A stretch of DNA of 64,000 nucleotides from positions 288,001 through 352,000 of the forward strand of contig CAXXJV010000001.1 of the NCBI GenBank assembly GCA_963663475.2, in the 5' to 3' direction. The DNA is from Candidatus Cloacimonadales bacterium. GTDB lineage: Bacteria > Cloacimonadota > Cloacimonadia > Cloacimonadales > JAFGVF01. Position numbers and translations under genes: made by a program. Within the stretch, counting starts at the first letter, position 1. Every line of letters starts with the position of its first letter. Under the pieces are notes generated by a model. That model was not told the DNA's origin. It did no database searches and saw nothing but the letters and a program-made list of their open reading frames with translations. Below are positions 1 through 9,302 of the stretch, one piece after another.

Positions 1-243
1 TAACATCATGGAAAGAGCCATTTCATTATCACCATATTCGGCTAAGATCTGACTTAAATAGGGATATGCTTGTGAATATTTTCCAAGAGCTGATAAAGCA
101 ACAACATAGTTGAATATTATTGAGACTTCTTGTGATATCAGAAGAGCTTTTTCAAAATGTTTTAATGCTTTCTCATGCTTTCCCTTACGTAGGTTCTTAT
201 ATCCCAAGTATTGATATAACTTGAGTTTTAATATATCTATCAT
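1..243 (-). CDS. TPR-like helical repeat protein, N-terminal part (runs off window start)
   Basis: Manual translation from ATG at 243 (GGGAGT RBS at 251-256): MIDILKLKLYQYLGYKNLRKGKHEKALKHFEKALLISQEVSIIFNYVVALSALGKYSQAYPYL...; TPR-like spacing; not in ORF track. Confidence 0.65.
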   Translation of the reverse strand, partial: MIDILKLKLYQYLGYKNLRKGKHEKALKHFEKALLISQEVSIIFNYVVALSALGKYSQAYPYLSQILAEYGDNEMALSMML

Positions 244-337
244 TACTTTTACTCCCAATAAACTTACAATTTTATACTATATCTCAACTTATCACCAAGT
301 AGGATAAATATAAACTATATACATTTAATTATTTTTA

Positions 338-500
338 ACCCAAATGGAGCAATAGAGCTTTTCAGAAGAGTGCAAAATCTTTTAGCAAAATAGCTTACAG
401 AATTATGACGCATATAATATATATATTCGGAAGAATTATGTAAGTTACTTTTGCAAAAGAATATAGTGCTATTTTCAAAGATCTATTGCATTATTTGGGT
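338..500. mobile_element. MITE family B, full-length copy (163 bp)
   Basis: Imperfect ~24-bp TIRs ACCCAAATGGAGCAATAGAGCTTT / AAAGATCTATTGCATTATTTGGGT; TTA on both flanks; homologous to 9134-9298 and 20221-20382. Confidence 0.8.
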
Positions 501-593
501 TTAAGGTATTATTCCAGAATAATATTTAATTTAGAATACCATTATTGTCAAGATTTAATTAGACACTCAAATATTCTACTTATTAAAAGATTT

Positions 594-1071
594 GGCTCTT
601 GTTCAAGTCTGGTGGTGAATAAGAGACTTTCATTATAGCATATTGCTTAAATAATAGAAAGTTACAAGTAAGAATATACTGTTAAGAGTATGTTTTGTTT
701 GATGATAAGTACTAAATCCTGAAGGGATAAGTCTTAAATCCTCAAAGGGGATAAATAGTTTAGCCCAGGGTAAATTCCTGAAGGGAATGCAAGCCTGGGT
801 ACTGGTGATGAAAAACAAAGCCTAACCCTGAAAGGGTTAAATAACATCATATATACCATAGACTTATACAATAATATATTATTTATCATTTTATTAAACC
901 CTTACAGGGTAACATCTTTGGGCTAGCCATCATTACCCAGGGTTGCGATACTTTCAGCATCTTACCCTGGGCTAAATTATTTTATCCCTTTCAGGGATTT
1001 TTGATGAATTAATATAGTAATGAAATATTCTCATTTTCCTATATTATTCCCACCAGACTTGAACTTGAGCC
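594..1071. mobile_element. MITE family A copy 1 (478 bp) carrying an inverted REP-like hairpin cassette
   Basis: 22-bp TIRs GGCTCTTGTTCAAGTCTGGTGG / CCACCAGACTTGAACTTGAGCC; homologous over its length to 59801-60275 (opposite orientation) and partly to 41678-42043; no target duplication visible here. Confidence 0.9.
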
Positions 1072-1120
1072 GAATATTCTGCTAGTCACAAAAGGCGACT
1101 ACACTATTTGGGCTAAAAGC

Positions 1121-1149
1121 AAAAAACCTGAAGCATGTTCAGGTTTTTT
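1121..1149. terminator. Intrinsic terminator downstream of purB (bidirectional form)
   Basis: AAAAAACCTGAA-GCATG-TTCAGGTTTTTT. Confidence 0.7.
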
Positions 1150-1169
1150 ATATATTATGGTTTATTTTA

Positions 1170-1234
1170 ACCGAATGGTAGAGTAGAACTTTGATGAAGA
1201 GTGCTATTGGCAAAGGTCTCCTGCATTATTGGAT
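1170..1234. mobile_element. MITE family B, internally deleted copy abutting purB stop codon
   Basis: ACCGAATGGTAGAGTAGAACTTTGATGAAGAGTGCTATTGGCAAAGGTCTCCTGCATTATTGGAT; both ends match family B; TTA flanks. Confidence 0.7.
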
Positions 1235-2536
1235 TTAATCTTTTAACACACCAGATCTTCTCAAGATGAAATCAACATTCTGAATATATCTATCATAAGA
1301 AAAGACTTCATCAAAATCTTCTTTGGAAATAACATTCATAATTTCTGTATCATTTAAGATTAATTCTTTGAAGTTTGCTCCTTCTTCCCAAGCCTTCATA
1401 GCATTTCTTTGGACCATAGCATAAGAATCTTCCCTGCTTACTCCTCTAGAAGCTAATTTCAATAATAAAACTTGTGAGAAAACTAAACCACCTGTTAGTT
1501 CAAGATTCTTAGCGATATTCTCTTCATAAACAGCTAAATTATCGATAAGAGCAATCATTTTCCCTAACATATAATGAACTAGAATAGTAGTATCTGGTAA
1601 GATAACTCTTTCAACTGAGGAATGAGAAATATCTCTTTCATGCCAGAGAGCATTATTTTCTATAGCTGCCATAGCATTAGAGCGAATTAATCTAGCAAGA
1701 CCTGTCATTTGTTCAGTAACAATAGGATTTCTTTTGTGAGGCATAGCAGAAGAACCTTTCTGACCTTTAGTAAATCTTTCTTCAGCTTCTCTGACTTCAG
1801 TTCTTTGTAAATGTCTTATTTCGATAGCTATTTTCTCAATTGAGGAAGCAATAATAGCCAAGCTAGTAAGGAATTCTGCATGTCTATCACGTTGGATAAC
1901 CTGAGTTGAAATATTTACAGGTTTTAGGTCTAGATGCTTACAAGCAAGTTCTTCAATTTCAGGAGAAAGGTGGGCATAATTACCTACAGCACCAGATATT
2001 TGTCCAACTGAAACAACTTTAATAGCTGATTTCATTCTAGCTATATTACGATTCATTTCATCAAACCAAAGAGTAAATTTAAGTCCAAAAGAAGTTGGTT
2101 CTGCATGAATCCCATGAGAGCGACCTATACAAACTGTATCTTTGTATTTAATAGCTTTTAATCTTAAAGATTCGGCAAAACTTTCTAGTTCATTCAGAAT
2201 AAGTAAGCCAGCTTGTTTGCATTGGATAGCAGTAGCTGTATCAAGAACATCTGAGGATGTCATACCGTAATGAATCCATCGAGAAGAAGGTCCTACATAC
2301 TCAGCTACATTTGTTAGAAAAGCTATGATATCGTGTTTTGTAGTTAACTCAATTTCATCAATTCTAGCAACTTCAAAATCTGCTTTTTCAATAATGTTTT
2401 TTAAATCTTCGTCAGGGATAATTCCCTTTTCATTCATTGCTTTACAAGCAGCGATTTCGACATCTAACCAGCATTGATAACGGTTTTGCATACCCCAAAT
2501 TGATGACATCTCAGGGCGGGAATATCTGGCAATCAT
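1235..2536 (-). CDS. purB: Adenylosuccinate lyase
   Basis: IHYGMTSSD, GRSHGIHAEPT and SSAMPHKRNP signature; start moved to ATG 2536 (AGGAG 7 nt upstream). Confidence 0.97.
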   Translation of the reverse strand: MIARYSRPEMSSIWGMQNRYQCWLDVEIAACKAMNEKGIIPDEDLKNIIEKADFEVARIDEIELTTKHDIIAFLTNVAEYVGPSSRWIHYGMTSSDVLDTATAIQCKQAGLLILNELESFAESLRLKAIKYKDTVCIGRSHGIHAEPTSFGLKFTLWFDEMNRNIARMKSAIKVVSVGQISGAVGNYAHLSPEIEELACKHLDLKPVNISTQVIQRDRHAEFLTSLAIIASSIEKIAIEIRHLQRTEVREAEERFTKGQKGSSAMPHKRNPIVTEQMTGLARLIRSNAMAAIENNALWHERDISHSSVERVILPDTTILVHYMLGKMIALIDNLAVYEENIAKNLELTGGLVFSQVLLLKLASRGVSREDSYAMVQRNAMKAWEEGANFKELILNDTEIMNVISKEDFDEVFSYDRYIQNVDFILRRSGVLKD

Positions 2537-2563
2537 TTTCAAACTCCTAGTCTATTTTATTAA

Positions 2564-3187
2564 TTATTTTTTTTGTAATATTATAGGTTTAATCTCAAAT
2601 TCACCTTGTTGAAAAAGGTCAAAATCTATATTAACATCAGCTTTTTGTGAAGCTAATTCTATGCGAGATAAATCTGGACCTCTATAAATTAAGTTAAGGC
2701 TTTCTTGGTTGACTTTGATTTTACTTAATCTATAGAAATCATCAAATTCAAACTGGATGATAGCGATAGTAAAGGCTTTATTCTTAATAATTTCATCAAT
2801 AATCCCTTGAGGTAATTTAGAAAAATCTAATAGTTCTTGCAAGGGAATTTTATCAAAGACCATATCGGGGAATAGTCCTTTATTATAGTTAGTAATAATA
2901 GCAGAATCTTTAACATATAGACTTGCAAATGGTGAAGGTATTAATGAGAATATACCTGAATCAAGAACATCAAGTCTTAAGCTATTATGATTTTTTATAA
3001 TAAGAAATTCTTTCTTTAAGGAGAGTCCTTTAAAAGATACTTCAAGTACTCCCTCTCCCTTAAAGTTATTAAGATATGCTAAATTATGCCTAACCAAGTT
3101 TTCTTTATCTTGATAGGACATTTCTTTCAGAGTAGAACATCCAGCTAAAAGAATCAATATAAGTATAATAAATATGTTTCTTTTCAT
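2564..3187 (-). CDS. Putative lipoprotein, possibly LolB-like fold
   Basis: MKR + hydrophobic stretch + lipobox LAGC; beta-rich body; overlaps lgt stop. Confidence 0.6.
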   Translation of the reverse strand: MKRNIFIILILILLAGCSTLKEMSYQDKENLVRHNLAYLNNFKGEGVLEVSFKGLSLKKEFLIIKNHNSLRLDVLDSGIFSLIPSPFASLYVKDSAIITNYNKGLFPDMVFDKIPLQELLDFSKLPQGIIDEIIKNKAFTIAIIQFEFDDFYRLSKIKVNQESLNLIYRGPDLSRIELASQKADVNIDFDLFQQGEFEIKPIILQKK

Positions 3188-3993
3188 TTATTTTTCCTAT
3201 ATAAGAATATGATACCTATTATTCCGGCAATAACCATAATTGAGCTTAGGAACTGACCTTGAGACATAGGTAAAAAACCATAGAGAAGTCCGTTTGGATA
3301 TAGAGATTCAATATTATCAGGAAGTCTAATAAATTCTAATAAGAACCTAGCTACTCCGTAAAGAATAAAGAAAGTCCAAAATACTAAACCTTCTTTTTTA
3401 ACATGTTTAACCATATACTGTAAAACAAAGAACATCAAAATACCTTCGAATAGCATTTCATAAAGCTGTGAAGGGTGTCTAGCAATTTCTTGTCCAGGGA
3501 AAACAACTCCCCAGGGTAAGTCAGTAGGAGAGCCATAGAGTTCTGCATTGATGAAGTTTCCTAATCTGCCTAGTCCTAAACCAATAGCTGCCCAAGGCAT
3601 TACTACGTCAGCTCCTCCTAAGAAACTAATCTTTTCTTTCCGAGCAAAAATATAACCTGCGATTATAACACCTAAAAATCCTCCATGAAAAGACATTCCA
3701 CCTTGATGGACATAAAATAGGCTGAGTGGATTAGCAAGAAACTCGGGAAGGGCATAGAAGAGCATATAGCCAAAACGTCCACCAATAATGACTCCAAGAG
3801 CGATATAAAAAATAAGATCACTATATTTTTCTTTAGAAATATTAATATTTCTGTAGTGCAAATTCTTTCGCACAAAGATATAACCTAAGGCAAAAGAGAT
3901 TAAGTAGAGTAAGCCATAATATCTTATTTCCAAAGGGAAATTGCCTATTTGAAATTTTACAATATATGGTTTTATATCAGGGAATTGAATCAT
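3184..3993 (-). CDS. lgt: Prolipoprotein diacylglyceryl transferase
   Basis: GGMSFHGG, GRLGNFINAELYG and HPSQLYE motifs; probable start ATG 3993 after GAGGAG. Confidence 0.96.
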   Translation of the reverse strand: MIQFPDIKPYIVKFQIGNFPLEIRYYGLLYLISFALGYIFVRKNLHYRNINISKEKYSDLIFYIALGVIIGGRFGYMLFYALPEFLANPLSLFYVHQGGMSFHGGFLGVIIAGYIFARKEKISFLGGADVVMPWAAIGLGLGRLGNFINAELYGSPTDLPWGVVFPGQEIARHPSQLYEMLFEGILMFFVLQYMVKHVKKEGLVFWTFFILYGVARFLLEFIRLPDNIESLYPNGLLYGFLPMSQGQFLSSIMVIAGIIGIIFLYRKNK

Positions 3994-4013
3994 TTTATAT
4001 CTCCTCTGAGAAT

Positions 4014-4047
4014 AAAAAAAAGCGACCAACTATTCCAGCAGGTCGCT
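4014..4047 (-). terminator. Intrinsic terminator after etfB, just upstream of the lgt RBS
   Basis: Minus strand AGCGACCTGCTGGAATAGTTGGTCGCT followed by a U-run. Confidence 0.7.
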
Positions 4048-4055
4048 ATTATATA

Positions 4056-4838
4056 TTAAACTGTTAACTTCTTTAATCTGTCAATAATTAAGTCTGCACT
4101 TTCTTCAGGAGATCCTTCAAACTTCTGTCCTTCTTTATGGCTTTCAGGTGAGAAGATTTCAACAACTTGGGTAGGAGATCCATTAAGTCCAATAGTTTTC
4201 TCATCAAGTTCTAGCATTTCAGCATTCCATACTTGAGCAAGAGCTTTACGAGCATTTCTTTTACCTCTGAGTGAAGGTAATCTTGGAGTATTTATTTCTT
4301 TAACGACTGTTATGATAGCTGGAAGAGTCATTTCTACAACATCATAGCCATCTTCCATAAGTCTTTGGCAGGTTAATTTACCTTCTTCAATACCTTCAAT
4401 CTTACGAACAAAGCAGGTTTGAGGGAGTTTAAGGTGAGTAGCAACTCCTGGTCCTACTTGAGCAGTATCACCATCAATTGCTTGTTGTCCAAAAAGGACT
4501 AAATCAAAATCACCAATCTTCCTGATTGCTGCAGCCAGGGTATTACTTGTAGCCCAAGTATCAGCGCCAGCGAACTTTCTATCAGACAGGAGAACTATTT
4601 CGTCTGCACCTAAAGAGATAGCTTCTTTAAGGACACTATCAGCTTGAGGAGGTCCCATAGTAATTGCAGTAATTTTACCGCCATAAGTTTCTTTTAATCT
4701 GATGGCTTCTTCAAGAGCATAAGTATCAAAAGGATTTAAGATACTTTCTACTCCTTCTCTAATTAAAGTGTTTGTTACAGGATCAATTTTTATATCATTT
4801 GTATCAGGAACCTGTTTAATACATACTATAATATTCAT
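4056..4838 (-). CDS. etfB: Electron transfer flavoprotein beta subunit (FixA family)
   Basis: CIKQVPDT, NPFD, FAGADTWAT, GQQAIDGDTAQVGP, PRLPSLRG. Confidence 0.95.
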   Translation of the reverse strand: MNIIVCIKQVPDTNDIKIDPVTNTLIREGVESILNPFDTYALEEAIRLKETYGGKITAITMGPPQADSVLKEAISLGADEIVLLSDRKFAGADTWATSNTLAAAIRKIGDFDLVLFGQQAIDGDTAQVGPGVATHLKLPQTCFVRKIEGIEEGKLTCQRLMEDGYDVVEMTLPAIITVVKEINTPRLPSLRGKRNARKALAQVWNAEMLELDEKTIGLNGSPTQVVEIFSPESHKEGQKFEGSPEESADLIIDRLKKLTV

Positions 4839-4851
4839 TAGTTAATTCCTC

Positions 4852-5958
4852 TTATTTTTGATAAAATTCTTTAATTTTTTCTATTACAAAAAGTTGGTGT
4901 TCTTCTGGAAGTTCTGTATAAATTGGAATAGAGATAGCCTTTTTAGCTAAAGCTTCAGAAACAGGAAGGTCGCCTTCTTGATATCCTAAGTCTTCAAAAC
5001 ATTCTTGAATATGCAATGGTTTAGGATAATAAATAGCGCATCCAATTTCATTTTCTTGTAAGAAGGCCATTAATTCATCTCTTCTTTCAGCTTGAAGGGT
5101 AAATTGATTATAAACAGTGGTTGCCTTTTCATGAATACGAGGAAGCTTTATACCTTTAACATCTGCTAATTTTTCATAGTAAAGTTCAGCATTCTTTCTT
5201 CTGCCTTGAGACCATGTTTCGAGATATTTAATCTTAACATTAAGCACTGCTGCTTGTAGAGTATCTAAACGACTATTATAACCAACCCACTTATGAATAT
5301 ATTTAGGGTTTTCTCCATGTTTTCTAAGTTGAGCTAAATCTTTAGCTAATTGTTGGTCTTGAGTTAAACACATTCCTCCATCTCCCATACAGCCTAAATT
5401 CTTACTAGGAAAGAAAGAAAGAGTTCCTATATGGCCTATAGTACCAGAAGCTTTACCTGCAAATTTTGAACCAATTCCTTGGGCATTATCTTCAATAACT
5501 TTTAGATTATGTTTATCTGCGATAGCCATAATTTTATCCATTTCAGCAGGTTGACCAAACAAATGAACAGGGATAATAGCTTTTGTTTTATCTGTAATTG
5601 CTGCTTCTATCAAATCAGCATTTATGTTAAAAGTATCTTCATCAACATCGACAAATACAGGTTTTGCTCCTACACGAGAGATTGAACCTGCAGTAGCAAA
5701 GAAGGTAAAAGGAGTAGTGATAACTTCATCCCCAGGTCCTACTTTTAAAGCTCTAAGAGCTAAGACTAAGGCATCTGTACCTGAAGCACATGATATAGCA
5801 TGTTGAGATGCTAAGTATTCTTCCATTGTCTCTTCAAATTCTTTAACCTGATTTCCTAAAATATAATTATGTTGAGCAAAAACTTTATCCATTTCTGCTC
5901 TTATCTCGCCCATAATGTTTTCATATTGTGCGTGTAAGTCTAGTAATTGTACTTTCAT
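4852..5958 (-). CDS. DegT/DnrJ/EryC1/StrS PLP-dependent sugar aminotransferase
   Basis: SGTDAL, EDNAQ, SFFPSKNLG (PLP Lys), GYNSRLD. Confidence 0.93.
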   Translation of the reverse strand: MKVQLLDLHAQYENIMGEIRAEMDKVFAQHNYILGNQVKEFEETMEEYLASQHAISCASGTDALVLALRALKVGPGDEVITTPFTFFATAGSISRVGAKPVFVDVDEDTFNINADLIEAAITDKTKAIIPVHLFGQPAEMDKIMAIADKHNLKVIEDNAQGIGSKFAGKASGTIGHIGTLSFFPSKNLGCMGDGGMCLTQDQQLAKDLAQLRKHGENPKYIHKWVGYNSRLDTLQAAVLNVKIKYLETWSQGRRKNAELYYEKLADVKGIKLPRIHEKATTVYNQFTLQAERRDELMAFLQENEIGCAIYYPKPLHIQECFEDLGYQEGDLPVSEALAKKAISIPIYTELPEEHQLFVIEKIKEFYQK

Positions 5959-5986
5959 ATTATCTCCATAAACATGCTTTTTTGTG

Positions 5987-7393
5987 CTATTGAGTCAAGG
6001 TATGAACACCTAAAACTATAGTAATTAACTGGGCTGCTGTAGATAAACCTTCAGTAAAGTATTCCCAGAATGTTTTATCTAATTTTTCAGGAATAAATAT
6101 TTCATCACCTGGATTAACAACTGTATCTTTTTTTATCTTGACCCAAACATTTGTATCATATCGAATAACTCTTATTTTACTTTCATAAGCTGTATTAGTA
6201 TAGCCACCAGCATCAGTAATATATTCTTGCCAAGTCTTATCAGCTTGCCATGGTTGTAAGCCTGCATTTTGAACAGCCCCAGAAACATTTACTAACATTT
6301 GAGCTGGTCTGATATAAATTATATCGCCATCTCTAACTTGTCTATCCAAGGACTTATCTTTACTCTGCCAAAGTTGCTTAATATCAATAAAGTGTTTTCC
6401 TGATATTTCTCTTAACTTTGTTTGATAATAAGAATATTCAGTAACTGTCATAGTTGTAATATTAAGAGAAAGCAAACGTTCTAAGTCAGGATCATAACTA
6501 GAGAAAGTACTTTCATCTATCAACATAGCAAAGTTTAAATCTGCACCAGCTAGTGGTCCACCAGATTTTTCTAAAACAGATAATAAAGTACTTGAATCAT
6601 CAATTGAATATTCACCTGGATACTTTACCAATCCCATAACCTTAACAGATTTCTTAGAATAGAGGTAAGGTTTCATTGAGACCTTAATAACATCGTTATG
6701 TTCTAATTCAATGTTATTAGGATGATTTCTATCAGCTAATATCAAATTATAATCAATAAGCCAGCTAGTTAATTCTCCAGTTTCTTGGTTAATTCTATCT
6801 ATCCTGATGTTTTCTAGATCAGCATCTTTAGTGAAACCAAGTCCATATTCAACAAGATCTGATAATCTTTCACCTTGAAGAAACTCATATGTTCCAGGTC
6901 TATTAAACTGGCCAAGTAATTCAATTTTATATTCAATAGGCAGTAATTTGATTACATCATCATTTTCAAGATAGGGATTATTATTTAAGTCGCCTGTTAA
7001 GAAGAAGTCTTGCAAGTTTAAGTTAATTTTCTCACCATTACGTAGGAGAATAACTTTTCTGTATGAAATATTTTTTTCTTCTTTAGGAACTTGAGAAGTC
7101 TGCATTTGCTCTTTATTAAAGATGGCAAACTTCTTATTAGTCTCCATTTCTTGATCAGCTTTCTCATCAAAGCCAGCAAGGTCAAGTTCATTTTCCTCAG
7201 TTTTATTTTCTAAAGATAATATGTTTCTATTGTTCATATAATCAATTGCTTGAGAGACTCTATTAGAAGAATCTAAGATATAAACACCAGGATTATCTGT
7301 ATTCCCAATTATAGAAACATTAATTGGCAAAGCAAATAGTTGCACATATAAACTAATTAGGATTAGAACAACTATGCTCTTTCTATTCTTCAT
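5987..7393 (-). CDS. SLBB-domain polysaccharide export protein (Wza/KpsD-like)
   Basis: Signal peptide; repeated V-x-G-x-V-x-x-PG-x-Y units; GD-I-I-P motifs; C-terminal amphipathic helix. Confidence 0.8.
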   Translation of the reverse strand: MKNRKSIVVLILISLYVQLFALPINVSIIGNTDNPGVYILDSSNRVSQAIDYMNNRNILSLENKTEENELDLAGFDEKADQEMETNKKFAIFNKEQMQTSQVPKEEKNISYRKVILLRNGEKINLNLQDFFLTGDLNNNPYLENDDVIKLLPIEYKIELLGQFNRPGTYEFLQGERLSDLVEYGLGFTKDADLENIRIDRINQETGELTSWLIDYNLILADRNHPNNIELEHNDVIKVSMKPYLYSKKSVKVMGLVKYPGEYSIDDSSTLLSVLEKSGGPLAGADLNFAMLIDESTFSSYDPDLERLLSLNITTMTVTEYSYYQTKLREISGKHFIDIKQLWQSKDKSLDRQVRDGDIIYIRPAQMLVNVSGAVQNAGLQPWQADKTWQEYITDAGGYTNTAYESKIRVIRYDTNVWVKIKKDTVVNPGDEIFIPEKLDKTFWEYFTEGLSTAAQLITIVLGVHTLTQ

Positions 7394-8342
7394 AATAGCT
7401 AATAACTCTCTCTATTATTTGGTCTAACTTATATTTTCTCTTATAACCAATAGCTTGTTCTAGCTTGGAAATATCAGGCATTCTTTTCATCATATCTTCA
7501 AATCCTTCTTCAAAGACATCTTCATAGGCCATATATTCAATTTTTGATTTACTTTTAGCTGCTTTCTTTATTTTATGAGCTAGTTCTTCAATGGAAATTG
7601 ATTCTGTAGATCCCACATTAAATATCTGACCTTCACATTTTGGTGTAGCCATTAATTTAATTAAGGCATCAGAAACATCATCAACATCAGTAAAACATCT
7701 ACTTTGTTTACCAGTACCATGAATTACTAGAGGTTGGTCTAGAAGAGCAGCTTTAACAAATTTTGGTATTACCATGCCATATTGACCTGTTTGTCTTGGA
7801 CCTACTGTATTAAACAATCTAACAATAACAACAGGAAGCTTTTTCTCTCTATGGAAGGCTAAGGCTAGGAATTCATCAACCGCTTTAGCTGTACTATATC
7901 CCCACCTGCTAATATGAGTCGAACCTAAAAGTCTATCATCTTCTTCTTTAAATGGAGTATTATCACTCTTACCATATATCTCGGAAGTAGATGCTACAAG
8001 AACTTTGCATTTATACTTATGGGAAAGCTCAAGTACATTCTCAGTACCAACAATATTTGTTCTTAAAGATAATAATGGATTCTCAATAATATATTTAACC
8101 CCAACTGCTGCTGCCATATGATAGACAATCTTACATTGAGATATTAATTCTTCTAATAGTTCATAGTTTAAGATAGAACCAATATGTAGAGTAAAATCAG
8201 GGTTATCACGTAAGTGTTTAACATTTTCTAATGAACCTGTAGATAAATTATCTAGTACAATTATTTTGTTTCCTTGCTTTAACAATTTCTCTGCTAAATG
8301 AGAGCCAATAAAACCAGCTCCACCAGTTATTAATATATTCAT
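7383..8342 (-). CDS. NAD-dependent nucleotide-sugar epimerase/dehydratase (SDR)
   Basis: ITGGAGFIGSHL, STSEIYG, YSTAK, RLFNTVGPRQ. Confidence 0.93.
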   Translation of the reverse strand: MNILITGGAGFIGSHLAEKLLKQGNKIIVLDNLSTGSLENVKHLRDNPDFTLHIGSILNYELLEELISQCKIVYHMAAAVGVKYIIENPLLSLRTNIVGTENVLELSHKYKCKVLVASTSEIYGKSDNTPFKEEDDRLLGSTHISRWGYSTAKAVDEFLALAFHREKKLPVVIVRLFNTVGPRQTGQYGMVIPKFVKAALLDQPLVIHGTGKQSRCFTDVDDVSDALIKLMATPKCEGQIFNVGSTESISIEELAHKIKKAAKSKSKIEYMAYEDVFEEGFEDMMKRMPDISKLEQAIGYKRKYKLDQIIERVISYYEE

Positions 8343-8766
8343 TAATTCTCCTATTAACTTATATCATAAAAATTAAGATTATCCCTTATCTATTGGGGAA
8401 TAATCAATAAATCAAATTATTTTTAGTACTGGAATAAGTACTTTGATTCAATTTCTTCTAACATTAATATAATTGCAAGTATTTTTTTGGAAATTATCAT
8501 AATGTTAGCTTATCTCCTGAGACTAGCTTAGTAAATTAAACCCGAATAATGAGTTAAACAAAATAGTGCATTAGGCTTTTGGGTTTAATAGTATAAACAC
8601 TTCTTGATTGTTGGCAAGCTACCCGCCGTCCCAGTTAGCATCTTCTTTTTTTGTGTTTTAGTGCCTTTGTAGTGAATCTCTGCCTATCTCCGTCTGCCCA
8701 GCTCCCTATTCTGGGTAAGATAATTTCTCATCAAACCCAATAATTATCCAATAATAATCACCTTAT

Positions 8767-8845
8767 CATCCTTATACCTTCCTTTACAGTCTTTCGATGA
8801 AAGTCCAGGTTTCATCGAAAGACTGTAAAGGAAGGAACAAGGATG
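8767..8845. repeat. 79-bp palindromic element (family D) copy 1
   Basis: Perfect 26-bp stem CCTTCCTTTACAGTCTTTCGATGAAA, 7-nt loop, imperfect outer stem; second copy at 39934-40012. Confidence 0.9.
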
Positions 8846-9133
8846 CTTACAGGGAAAAAGCAGATTTGGTAAGAGGACTTATGCTAGTAGGTAGATCAGA
8901 TAGTGTAGAGCCAAAAGTTTTGTGGTAAATGTATCAAATCATATAAGTGGATTAGTAAAAAAATAGATATATTTTCAAAATACTAGAAATTGGGTTTAAG
9001 AGAAATTTGCAAATCGCTGTTCTCTTGTAAGAATAAGTATGACAAATAGATAGGGCAAACTAGGAACTATTTATCATCTTTTTCCGTCTATATTAATGAG
9101 AGTATTTTTGATGACGACTTCTCTCTTCAATTA

Positions 9134-9298
9134 TCCCGAATGGTGCAGTAGAACTTTGATGAAGAGTGCTAGATTCTTTTAGCAAATTAAGTTACAGAAT
9201 TTGAAGGCATATAATATATATATTCCTGAAAATTATGTAGCTTACTTTTGCAAAAGAAGATAGTGCTATTCGCAAAGGTCTACTGCATTATTTTGGGA
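9134..9298. mobile_element. MITE family B, full-length copy
   Basis: TCCCGAATGGTGCAGTAGAACTTT ... AAAGGTCTACTGCATTATTTTGGGA with TTA on both sides; interior colinear with 338-500. Confidence 0.85.
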
Positions 9299-9302
9299 TT
9301 AT

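Noticed and set aside
633-818. 61-aa ORF inside MITE A (also 41899-42147, 42000-42236, 42062-42265, 42117-42365)
   Set aside because: Frames are not conserved between copies and there is no RBS; they arise from GC-rich palindromes.
9051-9120. GGGCAAAC as the start of a c-di-GMP-I riboswitch
   Set aside because: No GAAA-loop stem or GACGCAAAG follows, and there is no downstream gene on that strand.
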